This document shows, one piece after another, positions 50,740 to 63,520 of a stretch of 64,000 bases of DNA. This stretch comes from Callorhinchus milii (Eukaryota), in the NCBI RefSeq assembly GCF_018977255.1, contig NW_024704743.1:98582001-98646000 (forward strand). Direction: 5' to 3'. How positions within the stretch are numbered: position 1 is the first letter of the stretch; every line of letters begins with the position of its first letter. The notes under the pieces are model-generated. The model saw only the letters and a list, made by a program, of their open reading frames with translations, searched no databases and had not been told where the DNA came from. Made by a program: the position numbers and the translations under genes.

Positions 50740-51320
50740 GGAGGCACAGACATCTATGACCTGTTCTGCCTTCAACCACCTCCGCAACATTTTCTAGCTC
50801 GACCACTGCCTCTCCTCTCAGGCTGCTAAGATCTTCAGCCACGCATTCAATACATCTAGGTTCAACTAGACTAACTCCTTGCTTGCCAGCCTTCCCAACT
50901 CGCCTCTCCACAAACTGCAGATCAGTCAGAACTCTGCAGCTCGTGTCCTTTCCCACAACAGGCTCCATGACCCTATCGCCCCCATCCTCGCTGGCTTCAC
51001 TGACATCCCAACTCCCAGAGGATAGAGTTCAAAATCCTTATCCTCACCTTCAAGGTTCTTCATGGCCTTACTCCTCCCTACCTCTGTATCTGCTGACCCC
51101 ACATCAACCTGTCCTGCTCCATGTCCCCCATCCAGCCGTTCGCTTTGCTTCCTTCTTCAAGGCACATCTCAAGACCCTCCTCTTTGACCGCGCCTTCGGT
51201 CACCCTCCTACTCCTATCCTCCACCCCTTCTGACCTGCTTGGGTCCAAATCTCTGATTGTCTTGTGACTTGGATGTCCTTCCAACCCGAAAGGCACTATA
51301 TAAATGTAATTTGTTGTTGA
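50740..51320 (+). mobile_element. L2 3' fragment
   Basis: ctgcagatcagtcagaactctgcagctcgtgtc...; tail aaggcactatataaatgtaatttgttgttg. Confidence 0.85.
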
Positions 51321-51779
51321 AACTATGAAACTCTCTGGCTCAATCTCTCTGCCTTGTCTTCTCCTTTCCCATCTTCAGATCGCACCTGATGACCTTCCTT
51401 CCATGCGTTTGGGGTACATCTCCCACTCTCCCCGGTTCAGTGTTAATCTCTGCCACTGTTAAGCACTCTGAGATAAAGGGTCATGTATTCTGCGCAGACA
51501 CAAAATTTATAGTTCAATAATAAATTATTTTTGAACTATGAATTCTACCACTCAATTCAGGAGGGAAAACAACTCACAAACACATACATGTCAAACATTA
51601 CTGGCATCCTTTCAAGCCTCCAAACTCTCAACATAAGTTGAGATCGTAAATCTAATTGTCTGTTTTCTATCACCACACAAACACACAGCATCTGATTGAA
51701 TGAAACAACATCTTCCCAACATCCCCAGCAAGTATCAGAAACCAACAAATTAAATATACAACCAATTTAAAGGGGAGTT

Positions 51780-52070
51780 CCCTCCAAGTAATGCCAATGA
51801 GCCAGACTGGTCAGTCTGTCATCAGCAATGGGCTGGAGCACTGCAGATCCGCCTAGTTCAAGAACTGGATAAGCAAGACTTCCACAAAGGGTTGGATTGA
51901 TTCTGACATTCCGGTGCCAAACTTGTTACAATGCAAACAGTTCAGCTCCAAGAACATTTTGTTTACCTCCCACGACTTAGTCATTTGATATCCATCAAGT
52001 TTGAGCCCTTACTCAGTTAGTGGCAGTTACTAGGCGCTCCTTGCGAGCTTCCTGGTAAGAAGCTCTTCCT
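51780..52070 (+). repeat. Unclassified interspersed repeat, copy 3
   Basis: Translates as SVISNGLEHCRSA*FKNWISKTSTKGWIDSDIPVPN, versus AVISSGLKYCRPAWFRNLATKAATEGWLDSDISLPN at 8.5 kb. Confidence 0.8.
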
Positions 52071-52074
52071 GCAT

Positions 52075-52443
52075 ACAACAACAACAACAAAATTATATTT
52101 ATAGAGCACCTTTCACGTCGGGAGGATGTCCCAAAGCTGAACAGTCAGGTGTCGGGGCCCGAGCATGAGGGAGGGGTGGAGTAGGGGTGAGGGAAGGCAG
52201 TGAGGTGGGAGGGAGACCAAAGGCGCAGTCGAAGAGAAGGGGCTTGAGACCGGCCTTGAAGGAGGCAAGAGAGGAAGTGAGGCGAAGGGACCGTGGGATG
52301 GAGTTCCAGAGTGTGGGTGCAGAGAGGCTGAAAGCCCGGCCACCGATGGTAGGGCGGGAGACATGGAGCAGACCAGAGCCCGATGAATGGAGGGAGTGGG
52401 CAGGTTGGTAGGGAGTCAGCAGGTCAGAGAGGTAGGAGGAGAT
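52075..52443 (-). mobile_element. L2 3' end
   Basis: (caa)n tail and cctttcacgtcgggaggatgtcccaa. Confidence 0.9.
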
Positions 52444-52599
52444 GATAATTCCTGATGATCAATACTTTAATAAGAAGAATTATTTTTGCATGAAAAGTTT
52501 TTCTTTGAACTGAACAAAAATCTTCATCTACCCACGGACAATTTTGCAATTACCATAAAGCTAACTATACATGTGATTATGCAATGTAACCTAATCACT

Positions 52600-52712
52600 T
52601 ATAATAATAATCCTTGCATTTCATATAGCACTTTTCACGTCTTCTAGATGTCTCAAAACGCTTCACAAGATATACTGTAAAGTGAATTGACTGTATATTT
52701 GTGGGCGAAACT
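52600..52712 (-). mobile_element. SINE tail fragment
   Basis: ataataataatccttgcatttcatatagc... Confidence 0.8.
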
Positions 52713-52839
52713 CCCATATTTGTTCTTTACCCTTTCATTTGTCCTTGGCCTTCTTCCATTTCGTCACTTCATTGTCATGCAAGTTGATTTATTATTCAGC
52801 TTAGAATATTAGTTTCAGATAGAGAAATACTAGTATCTA

Positions 52840-53365
52840 AAGCACAAGCTGCAAATCATCCAAAACTCTGCAGTTTATGTCCTCTCCCACGCCAAGCTCT
52901 GTAACCCTATCACCCCCACCCTTGCCCTGCTCCACTGGCTCCCCATTCCCCAGATGATAGAGTCCAAAATTCTCGTCCTCGCCTTCAAGGCCCCCCACGG
53001 CCTTGCCGCTCCCTACCTCTGCAACCAGCTGACCCCATATCAACCTGTCCACTTCCTCCACTCAGCAGGCTTTGGCCTGCACCACATCCCCCACCCGGCC
53101 CGCTCCACCATTGGCGGTCGGGCCTTTAGTCTCTCTGCCCCCACCCTATGGAATGCCATCCCATATTCCCTCCACCTCACTCCCTTGCCTCCTTCAAGGC
53201 GCATCTCGAAACCCTCCTCTTCAACCCTGCCTTCAGCCAGCCTTCTACCATCCCTGCCTTCCACCCTCCCTGATTTCCAGCTTGGGTCCAAATCCCTGAC
53301 TGTCCAGCGCCTTGGGATGTCCTCCCGACGTGAAAGGTACTTTAGAAATGTAATTTTGTATTGTA
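52840..53365 (+). mobile_element. L2 3' fragment
   Basis: ORF 52954..53412 (KILVLAFKA..APTLWNAIP) and an L2 tail. Confidence 0.9.
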
Positions 53366-54124
53366 TTTTATCAGTTAGCAAAATCTTTCCGCAGACAATT
53401 ATATACTGCTGAATTTCTTTTACTTCTACACGAGCAATTTTACCTATGAGACATTTCTCCCTGAAATAAATTTTAAATTGGTTGTGAATTTTATAATGTG
53501 AAACCTTTTTCATAATGTCAGAACAAATATCTAAATGTAAGTATAAATGGCATGCATATATAAAACAAAATTGAGGATAACTAACATTAAAAAATAACTT
53601 CTTTGTATTGATTTACCAAACTCGTAGTCCAGTTTCACTTCTGCGCCCCAAAGCAGATAGAGATGTGCAACTATCCAGCATGCAGGTAAGCAACATTTGA
53701 CTGTAATTCACTAAAATGCTAACTGATATTACAAAAGCCAAACATGTATGAAAAAAATTCAAATATTAAATATACAATATTTAAATAACATTTCTAATTT
53801 GTATTTAATGTAACATATGTACATGCATCAAATAGATAAAGTAATGAATTTCAAATGTTATATTTAGTAGCTAAATTAGTCATCTTTTTCAAAATCATCA
53901 AACTCGCATGCTTACATGCTCTCCTTAATGTGTTGCAATTAAATTTCAGGAATCATAGCCATACATTTCCTTATGATTATCTTAAAGGAGTAGTACAAAT
54001 TAGAAGCAGTACAAATTAAGAGAAAGCAAACATAAATCAAGTTAATTAAAATCATGTCAAACAGATTAGCATTCTTATTGTAAAATCTCACATCAGTCAC
54101 ACAAAAGGCCTTTCTCATTTTTAA

Positions 54125-54310
54125 TAAATGACTGCAGTGTATTTTGTAAGAGAACACAGCAGCCAATTTGTGCACAGCAATGTTCCACAATCACCCATGA
54201 CACTGGGAGAAACTCCCTTCTCTTTTCAAATAGTACCATGGATCTTTAATCTCCACCAGAACAGGCAGAGAGGACATTGAACATCTCATCAAGAGAATAG
54301 TACTTCCTAC
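54125..54310 (-). mobile_element. Deu-domain SINE fragment
   Basis: cagccaatttgtgcacagcaatg...ttttcaaatagtaccatggatc...aacaggcaga. Confidence 0.7.
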
Positions 54311-54584
54311 AATCTAACCTTTGTTACAATGTGATAAAAGGTAATTTGTCCATCTGGACCAGGGCTCCCTCTGCCTCCTTGACCTATCTGCTACCTTTGA
54401 TAACATTGACCACTCTATCCTCTTCTGATCTCACAACTGGTTACATATCACATAAACAGACGATAAGACTCAAACTGAGATGGTGATTTCCCCCTTCGCC
54501 TGCTTTACCAATTTTAAAATTGAAGTTCCAATGACCTTTCTTCATTTTCCATACCCACAAAGAAACACACAAAATTGCAATCCA

Positions 54585-57063
54585 GTGGGTGTCAGCCAGT
54601 TGGAAGCACTCTGCTATCAGAGTCAGAAGATTGCAGGTTCAGCCCCACGTCGGGACTTTTAGCTCAGAGTGTAGCTGACACTCCAATACATTTTCGGGGA
54701 GTGTTGCATTCATAGAAATCATAGAGCACAGAAGGAGGCCATTTGGCCGATCGTATCTGTGCCAGCTCTTTGAAAAGAGCTATCCAATTCAATCCCACTC
54801 CTCCACGCTCTCCCCATAAGTCCTGCAAACTTGTCCTCCCCAAATTATTATCTATTTCGTTCTTAAAAGCTGTGATTGAATCGGCTTCCACTACTCTTTC
54901 AGGCAATGCATTCCAGATCCGAACAACTCGCTGTGTAAAAAAATTTATCCTCACCTCCCCTCTGTTTCTTTTAACAACTATTTTAAATTGGTGTCCTCGG
55001 GTTACCGACCCACTCGCCAGTGGAAATAGTTTCTCTTTGTTCACGCTATCGAATCCCCTCATAATTTTGAAAACTTCTATTAAGTCTCCTCTTAACATTC
55101 TCTGCTCCAAGGAGAATAACCCTAACTTCTCTAGCCTCTCCTGATAACTGAAGTCCCTCATTCCTGGTACCATCCTGGTAAATCTGCTTTGCACGATCTT
55201 ATATTGCCTCTCCTCATTCTTCCTCCAAAATGCATCACTTCGCATTTCTCCACATTAAACTTCATCTGCCAAGTGTCTGCCCAGTCTGTCTATTCCATTT
55301 GCAGTCTGTTACTATCCTCCTCACTGTTTACTACTTTTCCCAGCTTAGTATCATCTGCCAATTTGGAAATTGTGCTCCCTACACCAAAGGTCATTTATAT
55401 AGATCAAAAACAGCAGCGGTCCCAATACTGATCCCCTGGGGGACATTACTGCACACTTCCCTCCAGTCAAAAAAAACAACCATTCACCATCACGCTCTGC
55501 TTTCTGTCTCCCAGACAGTTCTGTATCCATGCTGCCACTGTCCCTTTAATACTATGGGATTGTATTTTGCTTACACGTCTCTTGTGTGGCACTTGAAAAA
55601 TGCCTTTTGAAAATCAATATAAACTACATCAACTGCACTACCTTCATCTAATTTCTCCGTTACTTCATCAAAAAACTCTATCAGGTTTGTTATAGATGAT
55701 TTGCCTTTAACAAATCCATGTTGGCTCACTTTATTAACCCATATTTTCTAAGTGAAAATTTATTTTGTCCCGGATTAGTCTCTAGAAGTGTCTCCGCTAC
55801 TGACATTAAGCTGACTGGTCTGTAGTTCCCGGGTTTATCCTTCTGCCCCTTTTTGTACAGGGGAGTAACATTTGCAACCCTCCAGTCCTCTGGCACCACC
55901 CCGGTTTCCAAGGAGGATTGAAAAATTGTGGCCTGAGCCTGTTATTTCCACCTTTACTTCCCTCAGTAACATAGGATGCATCCTGTCCGGACCGGGTGAC
56001 TTGAGCACCGACAACCTTTTTGGTAGCTCCTCTCAGTTTATTCTTATCTTATCCAATTTCTCTATCCTCTCCTCCGATACTGAGGCATTGGTTGCATCCT
56101 CTTCTTTTGTGAAGACAGTACGTCAGCCATGCCCTCTGCCTCCACAAGAAGATTTCCTCTTTGGTCCCTAATTGGACCCACCCTACCTTTGACTAACTTT
56201 TTATTCTTTATATGCTTATAAAATACCTTAGGGTTCTCTTTTATGTTACCCGCTAATCTTTTCTCATATAATCTCTGTGACCCTCTTATTTCCTTTTTCA
56301 GTTCTCCTCTGTACTTTCTATATTCTATTTGATTATCTTCTGTATTTTGGACCTGACATTTATCATTAGCCTCTTTCTGTTTTATTTTAATCCCAATTTC
56401 CTTATTCATCCAGGGGGATTTGGATGCCCTACCTTTCCCCTTTGTGGGAAAGTATTTGATCTGTCCCCAAACTATCTCCTCCTTGGAGGCTTCCCGTTGA
56501 TCGTTAGCTGTTTAACCTGCCAATCTTTATCTCCAGTCCACCTTGGCTAGGTCCCTTTTTAAGTATTGAAATTAGCCCTCTTCCAGTTGAATATCTTCAC
56601 CTTTGATTACTCCTTGTCCCTTTCCATAAGTTCTCTAAACCTAATGATGTTTGATCACTGTTGTCCAGATGCTGTCCCACTGAAATCTGCTTTACTTGCC
56701 CCACTTAGTTCCCCAGAACTAGATCCAGCACTGCTTCCTTCTTCGTTGGATTGGAAACAGACTGACTAATACGTCAGCATTGTTGGAGGTGCCATCATTC
56801 AGATGTGATGTTAAACCAAGGCCAGACTGCCTGTGTATGTTGATGTTAAAGCTTTCACGGCACTTCAAATAAAGGGAGTTTCTTTCTACCCTAGCAATCA
56901 ATTGCCCAAATAAAATTGGTCATTCGCTTCAAGGCTGTTTGTGGGTACATTGATATGTGCAAATTGGCTTCCATATTTGCCTACAATTACAGTCACTGCA
57001 CTTCACAGTAAAAATCTTGTGAAACTCATCTCAACAACGTGATAAGGCAAGAATTATTATTAT
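54585..57063 (+). mobile_element. Full Deu-domain SINE split by a CR1 insertion (head 54585-54710, body and tail 56777-57063)
   Basis: ...ggggagtgttgcatt | CR1 | gcattgttggaggtgccatc...; TSD gcatt. Confidence 0.8.
54711..56776 (-). mobile_element. CR1 LINE, 5'-truncated, internally deleted ORF2
   Basis: ORFs 54664..55245, 55726..55911 (VPEDWRVANVTPLYKKG..NYRPVSL) and 56062..56409 (IKENPKVFYKHIK). Confidence 0.95.
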
Positions 57064-59649
57064 TCTACCATTGAGTAACCATAATATTTAATTAATCAAT
57101 CAAATAATGTTTTACTACAGTTGGTCTAAAATAATTAGATACTTTAGCATTCAAACTATGAACACACAACTCTCTGCAATGTCGTTGTAAACAGTAATCT
57201 GCAGTTCATCTTGTTCCAGATTCAGCACTACTGCATTGAAATGGGAGGGACTCACAGCTCTAACATTACCAGTAACTGACATCTTTGCATTATATAGCTC
57301 CCACTGCTGTTCTGCAGATGTTAAAACAGTGAATGTTTTTTATCATTAACGTTTTATTACAAATGTAATTTTGTTGTCGTTTTAAAGAAATGGTTATACA
57401 GTTGTGCTTTTATTTTTGAAAAAAACATTGAATTTTTCAAAATGTAATGTATTTTGAAATTCCTACAATTTTGAAAAGATCAACTGCCTAGAAGCTGGGC
57501 AAAGAAACTTCTCATCAACTGCAAAGTATACACAACTATTACTCACAATAAGCTTGCAAAACAGCACATTCCTAGTATTAAGCACATTACTGGTATTACC
57601 CTTTATGGATATTAGTAGGGAACAATTTATAAATTAGTAAGTATCAAGTATGCATTTCAAAATTTATGTTGCAGCCTTGGAATCTGAAGTCCAATTCAGA
57701 AGGAAGAAAATGCTGTCTGTCTTTTTTCCTCCTCTGTTGAAGCTTCCAATTTATTCTGAGATACAGATCCAAAGCTGCCCTCTGCTATCTCACCCAAGTG
57801 ACGATTCTATTGTGATGCTGGACAGTGAGTTTTAACAAACATCACAGTCAAGCTCAATCTCACCAGATATCCACATTTCTCAACAGATATCAGAGGAGTG
57901 AAAAGCCTAGCTGATTTGTCCCTCAACACCAAGGACAATTGTTGTGGTCTTATTGTCAGTGGCTTAGATCAGCTGTAAGGCTGGGAATCAAACATATGAG
58001 CTTCCAGGTCGATGTGGCTTAATTTACTTTTAGGCATCTACCAAACAAGAGTTGAAAAAGCACACATAAGCATATAATCTGTAATTCTACAATTCAACCT
58101 TGAGCCTCTGCCAAGAGAGAAAAAATATTCTCGATGGTAAAGGACTGCGCTCACAAAACTTCCTCTAGTTTTGTTGATACACAAGGCTGTGGAAATAATT
58201 TAAATGTAACCACAATATCAAGGGTAGAAAGTTGACACAAATATTTACCACTGTATAATCTAATATGGCATGGTCAGTGCTAAGCAGTATTTTCTTTAAA
58301 ATAAAGAGTCAAAGTAGGTTTAGCTAATTAAGTTGCTTTGTGCCATTTTAAAAAATATATTTGGATGTTTTTAAAAATACAAAACTAGCAAAGTAATACT
58401 GTTTTTGTTTTGTTCACAAGTCAATTGGGACTTCTTAGTTTTTGTGCGAGTATACTAATTCTTCAATTTCCTCATCAGGTGTCTGGCCTCTCTTGTTAAC
58501 TGTAGCTGGAAGAGTGGGAGAAGACAGAAAAAACCTTTTGATATAAGAAAATATTGCGTTCAATATATTTCAAGGATACCACCAAAATCATGATTTATTA
58601 TTATGATTTATTATGATTTATTATTATTGCACTATTTGAACACCTACTCCAGTTATTAGTTTTTTTCATAACATCCAGCTGGGTTCAAAGCTACACCCCA
58701 CATCACCTGATATAGTAGCAGTTATATCTTAATTTAATTTGTAATATTCTTGCGAGTAGAGATATAGAACAACCATCTATCTTGATGTCAACAATTTGTT
58801 CACATAAATTCTTATGAACATGCATTGAAATTCTGTTTCACAAGCTAACCCAATAGTATGCTGTAAGACAAGTGGGTCATTCAACATCCTTTGTGTAAGG
58901 AAAGAGTTAACGCAAAATGTTTACTGCAGGGATTGCTGCAGAAAAACACTGTGGCATTGACTTTGTTTACCAGGGATGGCCTTCTGATAAGGAGGAGTGG
59001 AGGAAATATTGGAACTTGGTAGAAAATATTTTAGTTGGCATCCAATGCAATGGACACCTAGCATCTGAACACTGCTGGTAAACGTGCCCCACAGCAGCAG
59101 GAATGTACACTATTCTATTGGTTTTGGCTTCACAATAACTAATAGGGTATAAAAATAGAGAGTTCAGTCAAGATCAATGAGGTGCAGATTGGATGAATCC
59201 CCATGCTGCCAGCTGCACTCCCAGGAATAGGTAATTGAATGTTACTTAAATTCTCTGATAACCGGATTGCTCCCATTATTGAGGCTTGTGGTTGTGGGTC
59301 TTTGCTCTATGTATAAGCATTGACTGTGGAACTACAATAAAGGAAACAATTACTTAACATCCAAATCGTGCAACCATTATTTCATCACTGATTAAATAAT
59401 AGAAGTAAAATTGCCTTACATTCGTGGAAAGAATGATCAGCTGCACCAACTTTTTATAGGGCATTGTTGAATAAAAGACTTGCATATTTGTAATGTTTAA
59501 TATAATACAAGATAATTGGAGAAATTAAAGATTTCTTTTTAATAAATACATCAACTTTGCCAAAACTTAAATAATACTGACTGGTCTTGCTAAAAATTTG
59601 CTCGTGTTAAAATTATGGTAAGCTCAGATCCAAGAGAGGTCCCTTTAAG

Positions 59650-60080
59650 TGTACTCCTGCTTGTCCCTCGCATCCTCTGCCTCACCATCAGAAGTCACGC
59701 TTTCAGGCATTACGCCCCGAAACTCTGGAACACTCTCCTCAATCCCTCTGCCTTGCCGCTCTCTCCCCTTTTTCAAGTCCCACCTGAAAACCTTCCTCTT
59801 CGACCATTCTACCAAGATAGTTTATACAGACTCTCTGAACTTTCTCTGCACCACTTTCTCTACATCACTGGTATGCAAGATGGGTCTGCTTTTTTTCCTT
59901 CAAATTGTTGCATGTAAGAGAACTCATAGTAGCAACAACAACAAATTACATTTTTTATTACGCTTTTCAGATGAGGAGGACATCCCAAGGCAATGGACAG
60001 TCAGTGATCCGCACCAGAGCCAGTGGTTGGCATCAGGAGGGGTGGAGGGTGGGGAGGGGAGGGTAGCAGTAGAAGGTTGT
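59650..60080. mobile_element. Two small L2 3' remnants in opposite orientations (+ 59650-59810, - 59932-60080)
   Basis: AFRHYAPKLWNTL / FFKSHLKTFLFD on the plus strand; (caa)n tail plus gaggaggacatcccaaggc. Confidence 0.7.
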
Positions 60081-60253
60081 CTCAATTTATTTCTCTGTGT
60101 TAATTTGTGTTAGGTCCCAAGGCTTCAGTTGGAAACTCTCCTGACAGCATAGTCAAAATTGAAAACCCAGCATGTCGGTAACCATAGGTGCAATATAAAA
60201 TAATTAATTCTTAGTGCACAACATATTCCAATACTATACATTTCAATGTTAAA

Positions 60254-60533
60254 CTTGAGTGCAATAGAATGGTTGAAGTTTTAGTTCAAACACATAATAA
60301 GCCACTTAAGGTGTGATTGCCTCATTTTAAAAAATACCAGTTTGGATAGCCTGCAAAATATCATCACCTTGTATTCTTTGGCAGATTGGTATGCATTGGG
60401 CTGTGAAGGTGTACGCTCTCTCTCGTGCTCAAAAAAGAGCCATCAGATGAGCACATTATTCTAAAAATAAAACTGACATTGAATGGCACACTACCAATGG
60501 AAATTACTCATGCGTCACTTATCTTTCTCAACA
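60254..60533 (+). repeat. 280-bp segment duplicated at 63241-63520
   Basis: cttgagtgcaatagaatgg...cttatctttctcaaca appears identical at both positions. Confidence 0.95.
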
Positions 60534-61154
60534 ACAAAACAAGCTAAATGAGAGCGCAATTCTGAATAATAAGGTGACTTATAAAAGCATCATGCACATC
60601 ATTTCACATTTAACAAATTACACTCCAAATTTGAAAAATATTCCACACCCGATATCAAACAACCTGCTTTTCTTACATCTCTCAAACAAAACTGTGGAAA
60701 ACATGGATCACAATAAAAAGTGGAAGCTCAATAAAACCACTTCACTTGTAAATCCTAATCCAACTCGATCTAAAGTCCAAAACATCTCTTTTCAAAGTAT
60801 AGTAGAACAACACAACCACACATTAACTATCTGCATGTCAGCCTATGTAAATTGGAAAGAAGGACAGTCAGCTTGCAATGTAAGAAAAACATGTTTAGAT
60901 ATCTATCTACAATAGAGAGAGGAAAGAAAAAAGAGACCTGAACACACATCTGGGTGTGCACACGCACATACCCACAATTAAAAAAAGAAACACACAAGCA
61001 GAGAGAGGGGGGGGGGGAGGAAAACACGCACATACATACACAATAAACCACTAGAGGCAAAGAAAAAAGGTATACAAAAACATTCAAACCCAGAGATATA
61101 CATCTGGAGTCGCTATATCTAAGGTGGTATCAGTCCCAAATGATGAAGGTATCA

Positions 61155-61490
61155 ATAATAAAATAATCCTTCAATTTGATATAACAGATTATCACAGCAT
61201 CAAAACATGTTAAAGCAGTTCATAGGATTTTACTGTAAAGCACAGTACTTGTAGGCACATGTGACAGACAGCTTGTGGACAACAATGTCCCAAAAAGCTA
61301 TGAAGTATGATCAGTGAGTTATCTGGAGGAGTATTACCAAGACACTGGGAGAAATCCTTCTCTTTTCAAATAATGCCATGAGCTACCTGAAAAGGCAGAT
61401 GGGATTTCAGTTTAGTCTCATCTGCAGGATGGCATCGCTAACAATGTTTTGGAGCGTCAGCCTAGACAAAGCTTTAAGTCCCAAAGTGGA
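61155..61490 (-). mobile_element. Decayed Deu-domain SINE
   Basis: Tail aataatccttcaatttgatat...; ccaagacactgggagaaatccttctcttttcaaataatgccatg...aggcagatggg. Confidence 0.65.
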
Positions 61491-61892
61491 GCTAGGTTGT
61501 TCACTGTATTTACGGAAAAATTACGACAGCTTTATGCCTGTGGTTAATTTACCAATCAAGCAAGCCAATAAAACATTTACTACAACTCAACATACAGGGG
61601 TGATTCACTTTCACAATGGAAAGATTTCTGCTGTCTATTGGGAGTCAGAATCAAGGACTCAGGAAGCTGGAGAACCCAAGCTCAGGACCTCTGCACAATT
61701 TATATTTATAATAAATGCATAATTTAGCATTCTAATCTAAATAAAACAGTGCACAATATATATAGAACAATAATTGACATTGTAAACCTGAGAGATATTT
61801 GGCTCCACATATGAGCAGATAAAACAACCTTTTTTCATCAGTTGCAGCCTCAGGTGTTTTATATACAATGGCACAAGTTGCACGAAGAAATA

Positions 61893-62040
61893 GTAATCTT
61901 TGCATTTGATATAGCGCCTTATCACATCGACGAGACATCTCAAAGTGCTTCACAGAATATACTGTAAAGTGAATTGACTGTATATTTTGTGGGTGAAAGG
62001 TGGCAGCCAATTGCGCGCAGCAGTGTCCCATAACAAGTTG
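61893..62040 (-). mobile_element. 5'-truncated tRNA-SINE
   Basis: ttgcatttgatatagcgccttatcacatcgacgagacatctcaaag... Confidence 0.85.
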
Positions 62041-62057
62041 TAGATATAATATACACA

Positions 62058-63190
62058 ATACAAAATTACATTCGTAAAGCGCCTTTCACGTCAGGAGGAC
62101 GTCCCAAGGCACTGCATGGTCAGGGATCAGGACCCGAGCGGGAGGGGCTTGGGATCAGAAGGAGTGAAGAGCAGAGAGGTTAACCAAAAGCAGGGTCAAA
62201 GAGGAAGCTCTTGAGACATGCCTTGAAGACGGCAAGGGAAGCAGCAAGGGAATGTGGGATGTAGTTCCATAAAGTTGGGGTAGAGAGGCTGAAAGCCCGA
62301 CCTCTGATGGTGGAGCACACCGGGGTGTGGAGCAAGCCAGAGTGGACAGGTTGATAAGGGGTTAGTAGGTCGAAGAGTTAGGAGGGGGCAAGGCCGTGGA
62401 GGGCCTTGAAGGTGAGGACGATGATTTTGAATTCGATCCTCTGAGGGATGGGGAATCAGTGGAGCCGGGCGAGGGTGGAAGTGATGGGGTAATGGAGCTT
62501 GGTGAGGGAGAGGACGCGAGCTGCAGAGTTCTGGATGATCTGCAGTTTGTGGAGGGAAGAGTTGGGAAGGCTAACAAGCAGGGAGTTGGCATAGTTGAGC
62601 CTAAATGTAATGAAGGCTTGTATGAGGGTTTCAGTGGCCTGAGGGGTGAGGCAGTGGTGGAGTCAGGCAATATTACAGAAGTCTGGGGAAGACAGAGCGG
62701 GTCATGGCACAGATGTGGGGGAGAAAGGACAGTTGAGGGACAAACAAGATATCTAGGTTCCTGACTGGCTCGGAGAGGTGGAGTGTGCATCCGTGGATGC
62801 TGATGCTGTCAGTGCCTGAGGTACGGAGGCGCTTGCGCGAGCCAATCAAGAGAGCCTCGACCTTGCTGATTTTCAACTGTAAAAAGTCGGCTCTCATCCA
62901 GGACTTGATGTCTGGCACGCGGTGGTCTTGGAGTCGAGGGTGGAGGCAGAGAGATAGAATTGGTGTTATCCACATACACGTGGAAGTTGACCCCATGTCT
63001 GCGGATGATGTCACCAAGAGGGAGCATATACAGGTTGAAGAGGCGAGGATAGAGCCCTGAGGAACGCCGCACAAGATGGTGCGGAGGCTGGAGGAAAAGC
63101 CATTTGTGGAGACAAAGTGGAGCCGGGGTGAGAGATAGGATCTGAGCCATTCAAGAAGAGAACCTTGAAGGTTCAGATGAGAGGAGAGAC
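62058..63190 (-). mobile_element. L2 LINE ORF2 (RT to tail), broken
   Basis: ORF 62673..63251 ([28 protein letters not shown]); tail at 62058-62115. Confidence 0.93.
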
Positions 63191-63240
63191 TGCCCTCTGC
63201 TAGCCCCCAGGTTAGCACCCGGGGTCTAAGTTCGGTGGAG

Positions 63241-63520
63241 CTTGAGTGCAATAGAATGGTTGAAGTTTTAGTTCAAACACATAATAAGCCACTTAAGGTG
63301 TGATTGCCTCATTTTAAAAAATACCAGTTTGGATAGCCTGCAAAATATCATCACCTTGTATTCTTTGGCAGATTGGTATGCATTGGGCTGTGAAGGTGTA
63401 CGCTCTCTCTCGTGCTCAAAAAAGAGCCATCAGATGAGCACATTATTCTAAAAATAAAACTGACATTGAATGGCACACTACCAATGGAAATTACTCATGC
63501 GTCACTTATCTTTCTCAACA
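63241..63520 (+). repeat. Second copy of the 280-bp segment, embedded in GC-rich L2-associated sequence
   Basis: Direct sequence identity with 60254-60533. Confidence 0.95.
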
